A stretch of DNA of 64,000 nucleotides from an uncultured Actinomycetes bacterium (GCA_963755025.1 CAVWIH010000014.1:256001-320000); one strand, 5' to 3'; shown: positions 28,287-38,871, counted from the stretch's first letter. Translations and numbers: made by a program. Notes: generated by a model from the sequence alone, not told the origin.

Positions 28287-28536
28287 GCGTCGAGGGCGCG
28301 CTACCGCGCCGGCTGGGCCGGAGCGCCAAAACGGTTACCGCCGGCGGTGGCGGCGGTAGATGGAGCAACCGGTCCCGGCGCCGGCGAGCGGGACGGCATC
28401 CGCTGCCCGCCGGGCGCATGGGCGAAAGGACGCGCGTGCACCCGTCGCACCCGGCAGCGAGAACGAGCGGCACGAAGATCGCCCCAACCTGGCCGCCCGC
28501 TTGAGACCCTTGGACTGCTGAACCGATGGAGGAGAC

Positions 28537-29148
28537 ATGAGCAACGTGGTGGTGTCGCAGTTCGTCACTCTCGACGGCGTCTTTCAGGACCCCGGCGGCA
28601 GCGGCGAGTTCGACCGCGGCGGCTGGTCGTTCAAGTTCGACCGCGGTCCCGAAGGCGACCGCTTCAAGTTGGACGAGCTCACGGCGGCCGGCGCCCTGCT
28701 GCTCGGCCGGGTGACCTACGAGGGGTTCGCCGCGGCCTGGCCTTCGATGAAGGACGCCGCCGGTTTCGCCGACAAGATGAACGCCATGCCCAAGTACGTG
28801 GTGTCGACGTCGCTGGCGCGGGCCGACTGGAACAACACGACCGTGATCCGCGGCAGGGTCGCCGACGAGGTCGAGGCCCTCAAGAAGAAGATCGCGGGCG
28901 ATATCCTGGTCTACGGCAGCGGGCGGCTCGTGCAGACGCTCATGCGCCACGACCTGGTCGACGAGTACCGCCTCATGGTCTACCCCATCGTGCTCGGCGG
29001 CGGCAAGCGCCTGTTCGGCGACTTGGACAGGTCACAGCGGTTGCGCCTGACCGGCTCACGCCAGGCCGGCGAATCGCTGATCCTCACCTACCGGGCCGAT
29101 CGCGCCGCGGTGCAGAGCACGAGCGACGAAGCGCGTCAGGCGGCCTAA
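28537..29148 (+). CDS. dihydrofolate reductase / RibD C-terminal family protein
   Basis: TLDGVFQDPG, LLGRVTYE, GSGRL, PIVLGGGKRLF. Confidence 0.92.
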   Translation: MSNVVVSQFVTLDGVFQDPGGSGEFDRGGWSFKFDRGPEGDRFKLDELTAAGALLLGRVTYEGFAAAWPSMKDAAGFADKMNAMPKYVVSTSLARADWNNTTVIRGRVADEVEALKKKIAGDILVYGSGRLVQTLMRHDLVDEYRLMVYPIVLGGGKRLFGDLDRSQRLRLTGSRQAGESLILTYRADRAAVQSTSDEARQAA

Positions 29149-29215
29149 CGACGGGGCTGCGCCGTCTCGGCCGTGCGCCGTCTCGGCCGGCCTGCTACCA
29201 AGGAGTGACGACCCG

Positions 29216-29587
29216 ATGGACATGAAACTCGAGCTCGTGCCGGTGCCGGTCTCAGACGTCGACCGCGCCAAGGCCTTCTACCTGCAGATCGGCTTCGGCG
29301 ACCTGCACGACGTGCAGGTGAGCGACGCCATGCGAGTCGTGCAGTTCACCCCGCCCGGCTCGGCCTGCGCCATCGTCTTCGGCACCGGCATGGGCGAGCT
29401 CACCGCCATGAAGCCGGGCTCGGTCAAAGGCCTGCACCTGGTCGTCGCCGACATCGAGCAGGCGCGCGCCGAGCTCGTGGGGCGGGGCGCCGAGGTGGGC
29501 GAGGTCACCGACATGGGCGGCGTCAAGTACGCGGGCTTCAACGACCCCGACGGCAATCTCTGGCTGCTGCAGCAGTGGCCGCACTGA
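29216..29587 (+). CDS. VOC/glyoxalase family protein
   Basis: PVSDVDRAKAFY..VQFTPPGS..FNDPDGNLW. Confidence 0.92.
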   Translation: MDMKLELVPVPVSDVDRAKAFYLQIGFGDLHDVQVSDAMRVVQFTPPGSACAIVFGTGMGELTAMKPGSVKGLHLVVADIEQARAELVGRGAEVGEVTDMGGVKYAGFNDPDGNLWLLQQWPH

Positions 29588-29687
29588 GCGGCGCCGCGCA
29601 GCGGGCGCCGGGCGAGCGGCGCGGGCACCGGCCGGGCGTCGCCGCATGGCGGCGCCCCAGCTGAGCGTCGCCGCGTAGCCGCGCCGC

Positions 29688-31964
29688 CTAAGCGGCGCGT
29701 TCCCTGTCGGCCTGCGGGTCGCGCGCGGCGGCGGCCGCGAGGCCCTGGCGCCCGCTCCCCTCGCCCGGCAGCGGCAGGGGGGCGCTCTCTATGGTCAGGT
29801 GCGGCAGCCAGGCGAGCCAGTGCGGCAGGTACCAGTTCCTCGTGCCGAAGAGCTCCATGGCCGAGGGCACGAGCAGCATGCGCACCACCGTGGCGTCGAG
29901 CAGGATGGCGACGCCCAGGCCAAAGCCCATCTGCTCGAACATCACGAGCTTGCCGCTGGCAAAGCCGGCGAACACGGCGATCATGATGAGCGCGGCGCCG
30001 GTGATGATGCCGGCGGTCATGCCAATGCCCTGGCTGACCGCGTGCTTGTTGTCGCCGCTGCGGTCGTACTCCTCTTTGATGCGCGACAGCAGGAAGACCT
30101 GGTAGTCCATGGACAAACCGAACAGCACCGAGAACAGGAACAGCGGCACCCACTGCTCGATCACCGGCACCTTCTGAAAGCCGGTGATGCCGCTCGCGAC
30201 GCCGTGCTGGAAGGCGAGTGTCATGAGGCCGTAGGCCGCCCCCACGCTCAAGAGGTTCATGGCGATCGCCGTGGCCGGCACGACCACCGAGCGGAAGGCC
30301 AGCATGAGCAGCACGAAGCTGAGCGCCAGCACGATGCCTATGACGAACGGAAAGTACGAGTTGACGATATCGATGTAGTCGACGTTGAAGGCGGTGTCCC
30401 CGGTCACGTAGACCTTGGCGGGACTGCCGCTGAAGGCCCGGGGCACGTAGGTGTCACGCAGCTCGCGCACCTTGCCGAGGGCCAGGCTGCTGGTTGATGC
30501 GCCGCCGATCGGCACGGTGAGCAGGGTCAGGTCGCCGGCCTTGTCGGTCTGCGCCTGCACCGGCCCGAACGCCTGGTCGGCGGCCAGCGTCGCGCGCAGC
30601 CGCGAGATGGCGGCCTGCACCTGCGGCGAGGCCGCCGGCCCGTCGACGACGATCTGCGTGGGGCTCGTCAGGCCGGCCGAGAACTGACTGCTGAGCAGCT
30701 CGAAGGCCCGCTTCGACTGAAAGCTGTTGGGCAGCGTGTTGACGCCAGAGACGCCCGTCTTCATGCCGATCAGGGGCGCGGCGAACGCCAGCATCACGGC
30801 GACCCCGACGCAGAGCGAGAGCACCGGCCGCCGCATGGCGCCCCGCGCCGCGCGCGCCATCAGCGAGGGCTTGCCGGCGGCGCGCGCATCCATGAGGCGC
30901 CGCCCCAGCCATGGCAGTTTGAGGCTGTTGACGCGCGCGCCGAGCAGGCTGAGCACCGCCGGCAGCAGCGTGAGGGCGGCACACACGGCGACCGCGACCA
31001 CGAGGATGGCGCCGGCGCCGAGGCTCACGAAGATGTTGTTGGGCACGAGCAGCAGGGCGCACAGGGCGAGCACCACCGTCATGCCGCTGAAGAACACGGC
31101 GCGTGCGGCCGTGCCGCCGGCGACCGCCACCGCGTCGATCTTGGAGCGCCCGTGGGACAGCTCTTCGCGAAACCGCGAGACGATGAACAGCGAGTAGTCG
31201 ATGCCCACCGCCAGGCCGATCAGGGTGATCATGTTCACGGCGAACGTCGACACGCTGAACAGGTGTGCGAGGATCGCGGTGAGCGCCACCGCGAGGGTGA
31301 TGGAGATGAGCGCCAGCACGACGGGCAGCGCGGCGGCCACGACCGTGCCGAAGACGATCAGCAAGATGATGAGCGCGATGGGCAAGCCGATGCCCTCGCC
31401 CTTGCGCAGGTCGGCGGTCGCCTGGTGGCTGAAGTCGGAGTTGATGGTGGCGGTCCCCGTGATCAGCGCCTGAAAGCCGCCCCTGCCGTTGGCGGCGTCG
31501 ACCACGGCGCGCACCTTGTCGATGTTCTTGCCGGCCTGCACGACGTCGCCGGCCATGACGATGGGGATGATGGCGTAGTGGCCGTTCGCCGAGATCATGG
31601 CGGCGGGACTGCCGCCGCGGAAGGGGCTCACCACGCTGTCGACGACCCTTGACCCCAGGGCCGCGATCCCGCCCTGCAGGCCGAGCACCTCCGCGCGAAA
31701 GGCTGGGCTCGTCGCCACCCGGCTCGGCGAGCTCACCACCACGACCTCGTGCGCCTTCTGCGGCATGCCCATGCGCTGCGAGAGCAGGTCGGCGCCGACC
31801 TTCGACTGCGGACTGCCGAGAAAGCTCGCCTGGGTGGTCAGCGCACCCGACAGCAGGGCGCTGATGAGCGCGAAGGCGCCGAACAGGAGCACGACCCAGA
31901 CGCCGATGGTGCGCCATGGGTGGAGCGCGCCGGCGCGCGCGACGGTCTGCGGAGAGATCTTCAT
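29688..31964 (-). CDS. MMPL family (RND-like) transporter
   Basis: AVGIDYSLF, FGLSMDYQVFLLSRIKE, ITGAALIM, LDATVVR. Confidence 0.95.
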   Translation of the reverse strand: MKISPQTVARAGALHPWRTIGVWVVLLFGAFALISALLSGALTTQASFLGSPQSKVGADLLSQRMGMPQKAHEVVVVSSPSRVATSPAFRAEVLGLQGGIAALGSRVVDSVVSPFRGGSPAAMISANGHYAIIPIVMAGDVVQAGKNIDKVRAVVDAANGRGGFQALITGTATINSDFSHQATADLRKGEGIGLPIALIILLIVFGTVVAAALPVVLALISITLAVALTAILAHLFSVSTFAVNMITLIGLAVGIDYSLFIVSRFREELSHGRSKIDAVAVAGGTAARAVFFSGMTVVLALCALLLVPNNIFVSLGAGAILVVAVAVCAALTLLPAVLSLLGARVNSLKLPWLGRRLMDARAAGKPSLMARAARGAMRRPVLSLCVGVAVMLAFAAPLIGMKTGVSGVNTLPNSFQSKRAFELLSSQFSAGLTSPTQIVVDGPAASPQVQAAISRLRATLAADQAFGPVQAQTDKAGDLTLLTVPIGGASTSSLALGKVRELRDTYVPRAFSGSPAKVYVTGDTAFNVDYIDIVNSYFPFVIGIVLALSFVLLMLAFRSVVVPATAIAMNLLSVGAAYGLMTLAFQHGVASGITGFQKVPVIEQWVPLFLFSVLFGLSMDYQVFLLSRIKEEYDRSGDNKHAVSQGIGMTAGIITGAALIMIAVFAGFASGKLVMFEQMGFGLGVAILLDATVVRMLLVPSAMELFGTRNWYLPHWLAWLPHLTIESAPLPLPGEGSGRQGLAAAAARDPQADRERAA

Positions 31965-32144
31965 AGGTCCGGCTCCTCGGTGGCGGCCCACGGACACCGA
32001 GCCCGCGTCGTGGCGCAAAGCGGACGGACGGTGTCCGGTTTTGAGGGCTTTTCCCGGGGCCGTGCGCCCGAAAACCGCAGGCGGCCTGCGCCGCGGCCGG
32101 CTCCGGCGCCGGCGGGCCGAGCCGCACCGCGGCGGCCCTCGGCC

Positions 32145-32762
32145 CTAGTAGGCGAGCCGCGCCTCGGCGAGCATCTGCCCGATCAGCCGCGTGCCGTTGG
32201 CTACCGCAGCGCTCGTGGTCGCGCTGCCGTTGGCCAGCTCGCCCGCCGGTATCGGCTCGCCGATGCGCGCCGTGATGCGCGCGAGCGAGGGCCACTTGTT
32301 ATCGGGCGGCAGGGCCTTGCCGGTGCCCGTGAGGTACAGCGGCAGGAGCGCCGCGTTGGTCTTGAGCGCGAGGTACGCGGCGCCGCCCTGGATCTCGTCG
32401 CGGTCGATCCCTCCCTGGGGGAAGATGGCCACCGTGCCGCCTTCGCCAAGGATCTCGATCGCCCGTCTGAAGCTCGCCACGTTGGCGTGCTCCTCTTCGA
32501 CCGGCAGGGAGCCGATGGCGCGCAGGTAGCGCCCGATGCCGCGCTTCTGGAACAGGTGTGCGGCGGAGAGAAAGGTGAGGCGCCGGCCCCTGAAGACGGC
32601 GATCAGCACGAAGCCGTCGAGGTTGCTCTCGTGGTTGGCCACGATCACGAGCGGCCCCTTGGTGGGGATCCGCTCGCGGTCTATCACTTTGAGCCGGAAG
32701 GCGCTTCTGAAGACCGGTCCGACGGCCAGCGCGGTGGCCGTATAGGGCACGAGTCGCGGCAT
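32145..32762 (-). CDS. lysophospholipid acyltransferase (PlsC family)
   Basis: ANHESNLD (HxxxxD) and IFPQG motifs. Confidence 0.88.
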   Translation of the reverse strand: MPRLVPYTATALAVGPVFRSAFRLKVIDRERIPTKGPLVIVANHESNLDGFVLIAVFRGRRLTFLSAAHLFQKRGIGRYLRAIGSLPVEEEHANVASFRRAIEILGEGGTVAIFPQGGIDRDEIQGGAAYLALKTNAALLPLYLTGTGKALPPDNKWPSLARITARIGEPIPAGELANGSATTSAAVANGTRLIGQMLAEARLAY

Positions 32763-32915
32763 CTGGCCGCCTGGGCGATCGCGAACGGGGAGAATGCTGG
32801 GCCTGACCTTTACTGGTGGGTCGATGACTCCATGATAGTGCCGAAGTGGGGTCACCGCGTGCTTTTCTTGCGCCGTCGCCTCGGAGGCGCCCTTGGGCAT
32901 GGGTCCGGCGGACGG

Positions 32916-33575
32916 TCAGTGGAGCAGCGAGAGCAGGCCTTTCGTGCTGTAGACGGCGCCCACGACGGCAAACAGCACAAGGAGCACGGGGCGATTGTAG
33001 CGCGCCACCCAGGCCTTGGCGCGGTCGACGTCGACGGCCCGGCTCCTGTGCGCGCCGAGCACCGCGGCGACGATGGCGACGGGCAGCGCGCAGGCGAGCA
33101 CGACGAACAGCGCCAGCGCCGCGGCCGCCTGCGCCGCGGTCACGCCGGCAGCCAGGATGTCGAGCATGGCCGGAGTCTGCATCTCGTAGTTGACGAGCAG
33201 CACGCCGACGACGACCGCGCCCAGCGGCCCCATGCCGGCGACCAGGCTCATCCAGCGCGGCTGGGCGGCCCCGGCCCGCCGGGGCCGCCGCACGAGCAGC
33301 ACCGCGAAAGCTGCCAGAAAGGCCAGACCGATGAGCAGCCAGGCCCAGCGCACGAAGGGCGTGCTGGCGCCCGAACTGGTCACAAGCGAGCCGCCGAAGA
33401 CCACCAGCACGAGCGTGCCGAACAGCGCCATGCCGCCGACCAGCGTGACGACGTAGGCCAGGCCGCACACCTGCGGCCGGCGCGTGGTCGACACCACCAG
33501 CGCCGCCAGCATGGGCACCGGGTTGATGGTGATGATGATCGCGACCGGCAGGATCTGCAGGAGGAGCGACGTCAT
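32916..33575 (-). CDS. GAP/Sap family membrane protein
   Basis: LPVAIIITINPVP..WVARYNR..KG; 6 TM segments. Confidence 0.78.
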   Translation of the reverse strand: MTSLLLQILPVAIIITINPVPMLAALVVSTTRRPQVCGLAYVVTLVGGMALFGTLVLVVFGGSLVTSSGASTPFVRWAWLLIGLAFLAAFAVLLVRRPRRAGAAQPRWMSLVAGMGPLGAVVVGVLLVNYEMQTPAMLDILAAGVTAAQAAAALALFVVLACALPVAIVAAVLGAHRSRAVDVDRAKAWVARYNRPVLLVLFAVVGAVYSTKGLLSLLH

Positions 33576-33627
33576 CGGCGGACCGCCCGCGGCCGCGGGC
33601 CCAAGCGCGCGCTCACACCGGCCGGCG

Positions 33628-34995
33628 CTACGCGCCGACGCGCAGCGCCGGCCCCTGGGGCCGCGGCGAGCCGGAGAGGCTGAAGGCCAGGATCTGCATG
33701 TCGTCGCTCCAGCGCCCCGCGTAGGCGAGCGCCGCGTCGCGCAGACGCACGGCCACCTCGTGAGGGCCTATGCCGGGGTGATCGCAGAGCGCCTCGGCGA
33801 GGCGGCACTCGCCGAACAGCGCCGTGCCCACGCGCGCCTCGGTGATGCCGTCGGTGAAGAGCGCCACGCAGTCACCCGGCGCCAGCGCGACGTGCCCTCC
33901 GGGGTAGTCACAGGGAAACGTGCCCAGCGGCACGCCGAAGGTGGTCTCCAGAAAGCCGCACGACTGCGGGCGCACGAGCAGCGGTGCGGGGTGACCGGCG
34001 CTGGCGTAGGCGGCTTCGCCGGTGCTCAGGTCGAGCGTCAGCAGAAAGGCCGTCACGAACTGGTCGTCGGGGCCGTTGCGACGCAGCAGCAGCAGCTCGT
34101 TGGTCTTGCGCAGGATGAAGCCGGGCTCGGCGTCGACGAGCGCGAAGCTGCTCACCGCGGTGCGCACGGTCTCGGTCATGCCGGCCGCGCGCACGCCCTT
34201 GCCCTCGACGTCGCCGAGCAGCACGATCACGCGGCCGTCGGGCACGGTGAAGACGTCGTGAAAGTCGCCGCCCACGAGCTCGGGAGCGTGCGCGGTCTCG
34301 GTGACCAGCGCGAGGTCGAGGCCCGCGATGTCGGGCAGGGGATGGATGAAGTTCTCCTGCAGGGTCACGGCGATATGGCGCTGGGCGTGCAGCAGGTCGC
34401 GTTGCGCGCGTTGCTCTGACTCGTGGCGCTCGGCGTTCCACACCGCGCTCGTCGCCTGCAGGGCGAGCAGGCGGAAGACGCGCAACAGATCGCCGGCGAC
34501 CGGCTCGCCGTGGCGGCGCCCCAGCCCGACCAGCAGCCCCTTGAGCCGCACCCCCGCCACCACCAGGGGCGCCGTCCAGGCCTCGTCGTAGCCGTGCCGG
34601 GCGCAAAGCGCTGCGAACTCGGGCGAGCCCAGCGACGCGACGGCCACGAGCCGCGGCCCAGTGCGCTCGAGGTCGAGCGCGGCGATGTCGATGGGGCGCA
34701 GGCGGACGCCCGCGGTGTCGTCGACGATGCCCTCGGTGGCCGCCGCGCGCAGCTCGCCGCCATCGTCGGCCATGACGAACAGGGCGAAGGCCGGCAACCC
34801 GGTGAGGATGCAGCCGTACTCGACCACCTGCGAGGCCGCGCCGTGCAACGACAGCGTCGACGCGAGCAGCGCGCCGAGGTGGATGAGGCCTTCGAGGGTG
34901 CGTGCGTCGGGCACGCCGCTGTTGCCGGGAAGGTCTGACCGGCGGCGCAGCGGACGGACCGGCTGCGGAGCGTCCGACGCGCGACTGTCGCTCAT
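33628..34995 (-). CDS. GAF + SpoIIE/PP2C serine phosphatase
   Basis: VGGDFHD, LGDVEGKG, SAGHP, FTDGITEA, DD motifs. Confidence 0.92.
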   Translation of the reverse strand: MSDSRASDAPQPVRPLRRRSDLPGNSGVPDARTLEGLIHLGALLASTLSLHGAASQVVEYGCILTGLPAFALFVMADDGGELRAAATEGIVDDTAGVRLRPIDIAALDLERTGPRLVAVASLGSPEFAALCARHGYDEAWTAPLVVAGVRLKGLLVGLGRRHGEPVAGDLLRVFRLLALQATSAVWNAERHESEQRAQRDLLHAQRHIAVTLQENFIHPLPDIAGLDLALVTETAHAPELVGGDFHDVFTVPDGRVIVLLGDVEGKGVRAAGMTETVRTAVSSFALVDAEPGFILRKTNELLLLRRNGPDDQFVTAFLLTLDLSTGEAAYASAGHPAPLLVRPQSCGFLETTFGVPLGTFPCDYPGGHVALAPGDCVALFTDGITEARVGTALFGECRLAEALCDHPGIGPHEVAVRLRDAALAYAGRWSDDMQILAFSLSGSPRPQGPALRVGA

Positions 34996-35011
34996 GCGAC
35001 CCGCGGTCCCT

Positions 35012-36421
35012 CTAGGACGAGCCGCGGCCGGTGAGTTCGGCGAAGGCCTCGCCGAGCACGAACCCGTCGGAGGTGATCGAGAACTGGCGGATCGACGGGT
35101 CGTGATCGCTCGCCCTGGTCTTGATCACCGAGATGGCGCGCCTGATCTGCGAGTCGGCGCGCACGTAGCTGAGCAGCAGCACGTTGTCGGACATGTGGCT
35201 GATGCCCTGACGGGAGAGCACGGTGGTGGCGAACAGGTCGCCGATCTCGTGGGTCATGAAGATCGAGACGCCGTTGACGGCCATGGCCTGGGTGAGCGAG
35301 TACATGAAGTCGCGAAAGCGGCCGCCGCTCGGCGAGGCGGCCTGCAGGTCGTTGACGCTGTCGATGAGCACGCGCTGGGAGCCCTCGTGCAGAGCCCGGC
35401 GCGACACCCGGCTCACGAACTCGTCGATGTAGATGTCGACCGGCGAGACGTACATGAGCGTGAGCATACCCGCGGCGATGGCCTCCTCGATATCCCAGCC
35501 GAAGCCCTTGGCGATGCGCTGCAGCTGGGTGGGGTTCTCCTGCATGGTGGCGATCAGGCCTCTCTCGCCCATCTCGATGCCCTTGAAGATGAAGTGCAGG
35601 CCGAGCAGCGTCTTGCCGCTGCCGGGAGGGCCGAAAGCCAGCGTCGAGCTGCCCTTCCAGAGGCCCGCTGAGAGCATGGCGTCGAGGGCCGGCACGCCGA
35701 TGGCGCTGCGCGCCCCGGCGAGCTCGTAGTCGACGGGCACGTCGGGCGTAGTGAGGCGCGGGAAGAGCTCGATGCCGTCGCTGCCTATGCGAAAGGCGTG
35801 CTCGCCGCCGAAGAAGGCGCTGCCGCGCAGCTTGGTCACGCGCAGATAGCGCACATCGCCCACCCCGACCTTGTCGAGGACGAGCTCGATGATGCTGTCG
35901 GTCACGGCGAACTCGGGCAGCGCGGGGATCTCGTCGGCGCCGTACTCGCCCACCCAGAACGAGGTGATGGCCAGCGACGACAGCACTGAGGTCAGCACCG
36001 AGAGGCTGGCGCGGAACTCCTGCTCGGAGTCGGTGAAGGAGTGCAGCGCCTTGAAGCTGTCGATCACCAGGAACGCCGGCTGGTAGCGTTTGATGAGCCC
36101 GACCATCTCGTCGATCGCGGCGACGAGACCGCGCGTGCGCAGGGGCTCGCTCAGCTCCTGATAGATGATCGCCTCGCCGATCTGGGCCGGATCGAAGTAC
36201 GCGAACTCCTGCACGTAGCGCAACATGCGGTCGAGCGGCTCGGAGACCGTGCTGATGTAAAGCACGGGGCGGGCGGCCGAGGCGTTGTGAAAGGCGATGC
36301 TCTGGGCGAGCACGGTCTTGCCGGTGCCCGGCATCCCCATGAGCAGGTTGGTGGAGTTCGCCGGGAACCCGCCGCCCAGGATCTGATCGAGGGCTTCGTT
36401 GCCGCTTTCGATGCGTCTCAT
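35012..36421 (-). CDS. KaiC-like double-domain ATPase
   Basis: Two RecA domains (GMPGTGKT, GPPGSGKT), VIDS, KLRGS, KTRASDHD. Confidence 0.9.
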   Translation of the reverse strand: MRRIESGNEALDQILGGGFPANSTNLLMGMPGTGKTVLAQSIAFHNASAARPVLYISTVSEPLDRMLRYVQEFAYFDPAQIGEAIIYQELSEPLRTRGLVAAIDEMVGLIKRYQPAFLVIDSFKALHSFTDSEQEFRASLSVLTSVLSSLAITSFWVGEYGADEIPALPEFAVTDSIIELVLDKVGVGDVRYLRVTKLRGSAFFGGEHAFRIGSDGIELFPRLTTPDVPVDYELAGARSAIGVPALDAMLSAGLWKGSSTLAFGPPGSGKTLLGLHFIFKGIEMGERGLIATMQENPTQLQRIAKGFGWDIEEAIAAGMLTLMYVSPVDIYIDEFVSRVSRRALHEGSQRVLIDSVNDLQAASPSGGRFRDFMYSLTQAMAVNGVSIFMTHEIGDLFATTVLSRQGISHMSDNVLLLSYVRADSQIRRAISVIKTRASDHDPSIRQFSITSDGFVLGEAFAELTGRGSS

Positions 36422-36437
36422 GGACCGAGGGCTCCCT

Positions 36438-37097
36438 TCAGGTGGTCAGCGCGGCATGGTCGACGGCGAGCATGTTCTTGACGAGGTCGATCAGCGCCGG
36501 CTGTTCGAGCGGCTTGAGCAGGAAGGCGTCGGCCCCCGCCGCCAGGGCACGCTCGCGCACGTCGAGCACGCTGAAGACGAGCACGGGGATCGGCGCCGTC
36601 TCGGGGTCGGCCTTGAGGGCCTGGCAGACCTTGAGGCCGTTCACGCCGGGCAGGATGACGTCGACGATGACGAGATCGGGATGCAGGCGCTTGGCCTCGT
36701 CTAAGGCGCGCGTGCCATCGAGCACGACGAGCACGTCGTAGCCCTCGTTGCGCAGGAAGTACTGTTCGAGCTCGGCGGTGATGGGGTCGCGTTCGGCGAC
36801 CAGGATCATGATGGCGCCCCTGCGCGCTGCCTCGCGTGCGACCCCCTGGACGTTGTCGAGCTCGTGGGCGAGCAGGCGGTGCGCGGCGCCCGCCTGCAGT
36901 CCGTCGTCGATCTTGGCCTTGAGGAATCGCAAACGCTCGACGTCGAGCTGGCTATAAAGCCGATGCCCGCCGGCGGTGCGAAACGGCTTCACGACGGCGT
37001 AGCGGCGCTCCCAGTAGCGCAGGGTGGTGATGGGGATGTCGGTCATCTCGCTGACGGCGTTGATGGCGTAGATGCCGATCTGGGAGCCTGAGTCCAA
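36438..37097 (-). CDS. MerR-type HTH fused to a receiver domain
   Basis: TLRYWERRY..RTAGGHRLYS; then ILVAERD..DLVIVDVILPG..FLLKP; GGAGGT RBS before TTG at 37097. Confidence 0.88.
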   Translation of the reverse strand: MDSGSQIGIYAINAVSEMTDIPITTLRYWERRYAVVKPFRTAGGHRLYSQLDVERLRFLKAKIDDGLQAGAAHRLLAHELDNVQGVAREAARRGAIMILVAERDPITAELEQYFLRNEGYDVLVVLDGTRALDEAKRLHPDLVIVDVILPGVNGLKVCQALKADPETAPIPVLVFSVLDVRERALAAGADAFLLKPLEQPALIDLVKNMLAVDHAALTT

Positions 37098-37293
37098 CAG
37101 TACCTCCAGTGACGGCAAGCCGCGGCGGGGGGCCGGGCTTCACCTCGACGAAACTGGACAAATACTAAGACGAACCTCGACGACGCGCAAGGTTCCTCAA
37201 GGTTTTTGGCGCTGGCCCGAGCGGTCGTCTCGTCACGTGCGGGCAAGGGGGAGGCGAGGTCCAGGCCGCAGCCGGCGATGGGGCGGCGAGCGT

Positions 37294-37584
37294 TCAGGCC
37301 GCGGCCGGCGCCGACTCCACGTCGAGCAGCCCGATGCCGGTCAGCAGCAGGTACTCGCCGCCCGCCGTGGCGAACTCGGTCGTGACGTCGCCGACAAGGC
37401 GCAGGCCGGCCATGGTCTCGACGACCAGGTGGCCTTCGTTGCCGATCGCCCTGTAGGCGCGCGACGGCACCTGATAAAGAGCGACGTGCCAGCCCCGCCG
37501 GGCGTGGATCAGCACGCCGTGGCCGAACGACACCAGTCGTCCGTTCAGCGTCACTCTGGCCAGCTGGTCGGCGGTCTCGACCAT
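37294..37584 (-). CDS. hypothetical protein (96 aa)
   Basis: GAGGGGTG RBS, GC3-biased codons; no recognised motif. Confidence 0.55.
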   Translation of the reverse strand: MVETADQLARVTLNGRLVSFGHGVLIHARRGWHVALYQVPSRAYRAIGNEGHLVVETMAGLRLVGDVTTEFATAGGEYLLLTGIGLLDVESAPAAA

Positions 37585-37693
37585 TCGTCACCCCTCTGGA
37601 GAATCGACAGCAGGGGATAGCGTGCCCACCGGCTCTTCTACGAATACACTCGTCGACCGTTGGAACGCGCAAGAGTGCGCACGGCGCCCGCGC

Positions 37694-38599
37694 TCAGCGC
37701 GGCGGGCCGAGGGCGAGCTCGGCGGCCCCCTCGAGGGCGAGGGCGGCGGCTTTCTCGAGGTCGAGCGCGAGCGCCGGCGGGTCGCCGCGGCGCCCGGGGT
37801 CGGTCGCCGCGTCGAGCTCGAGGACGCGGCGCAGCGCGGCGCAGGCCAGTTCGAGATGCTCGTAGGCAGGCTCGCGGGTGGTCAGGCAGCGCTGCAGGGC
37901 CTTGCCGCCCGACAGGCACACGCGGCTGGCCAGCGAGCGCGGCCAGCGCGAGATCAGCCGAAAGAGCTCGAGGGCGAGGGCGACGGCCAGCACGGCGTAC
38001 GCGGCGCCGAGCAGGGCGCCCTGATCGCCGAGCAGCAGGCTGCCCAGCATGAGCACGAAGATGATGGCCACGAGGTTCGTGCCGCAGCGGTCGTGGATGC
38101 GACTGAAGCTCATGACCGCCTCGGCATCGCGCAGGTCGGCCCCGGCTTCGTAGGCGTTCACCGCCTTGTGTTCGGCGCCGTGGTAGCGCCACACCGCCTT
38201 GCCCATGCCCTGGCGCAGGGCGATCAGCGCCAGCGCAAAGCTCAAAGCCTGCACGACCACGTAGCCGGCGAGCTCACCGTGCACGACGTCGGGGACGATC
38301 GAGCTTACGGCGAAGCTCGCCAGCATCGCCAGGGCAAGCCAGACGAGGAGCGCGGCAGCGGGGCGCACCCCATTGCGGCGGTGCAGCCCGACGGCCATGG
38401 CGATCATCTCGGCAAAGACGACGAGCGAGCGCACGACCGGGAGCCGCAGCAGCCGGTGGCGGTCGAGCACGGTGAGCACGGGCCCGTCGACGACCGAACC
38501 GTCGTCGCGCGCCCAGGCCCACCAGCGCTGGCTGCGCATGAGCACGCCGTTGCCGAACGCCATGCCGCCGACCCGGGCCGGGACGCGGCTCGCGCGCAT
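37694..38599 (-). CDS. DUF1385 (YqhQ-like) membrane protein
   Basis: VGGMAFGNGVLM, YHGAEHK, HDRCGTN, LTTREP. Confidence 0.9.
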   Translation of the reverse strand: MRASRVPARVGGMAFGNGVLMRSQRWWAWARDDGSVVDGPVLTVLDRHRLLRLPVVRSLVVFAEMIAMAVGLHRRNGVRPAAALLVWLALAMLASFAVSSIVPDVVHGELAGYVVVQALSFALALIALRQGMGKAVWRYHGAEHKAVNAYEAGADLRDAEAVMSFSRIHDRCGTNLVAIIFVLMLGSLLLGDQGALLGAAYAVLAVALALELFRLISRWPRSLASRVCLSGGKALQRCLTTREPAYEHLELACAALRRVLELDAATDPGRRGDPPALALDLEKAAALALEGAAELALGPPR

Positions 38600-38871
38600 C
38601 ACCACGCCCCTGCCGGCGTGAGCACCCGATTTGCAGCAAGAAACCTCATCGCTCTTTCACTATACACAGGCCGTGCCCGAGCGCCACCGCGGCTCGGGCG
38701 CGCGCGACGGCGGTGGTTTGCCGACGCGGCGAGCCGGTAAGAAGCCCCGAAGAGTCCCGTACGGGCGGCCGGCGCGGGCGGCCGAAGGGCGCCCGCCAGC
38801 GGCGCCCGGACGGGAAGATGCAGGCGAACATCGAGCGGCGCGCATCTTTTTGAGAATCGCACCACGCCGAG

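Noticed and set aside
35012-36421. Circadian clock
   Set aside because: No kaiA or kaiB in the window and the canonical S-T phosphosite pair is not conserved
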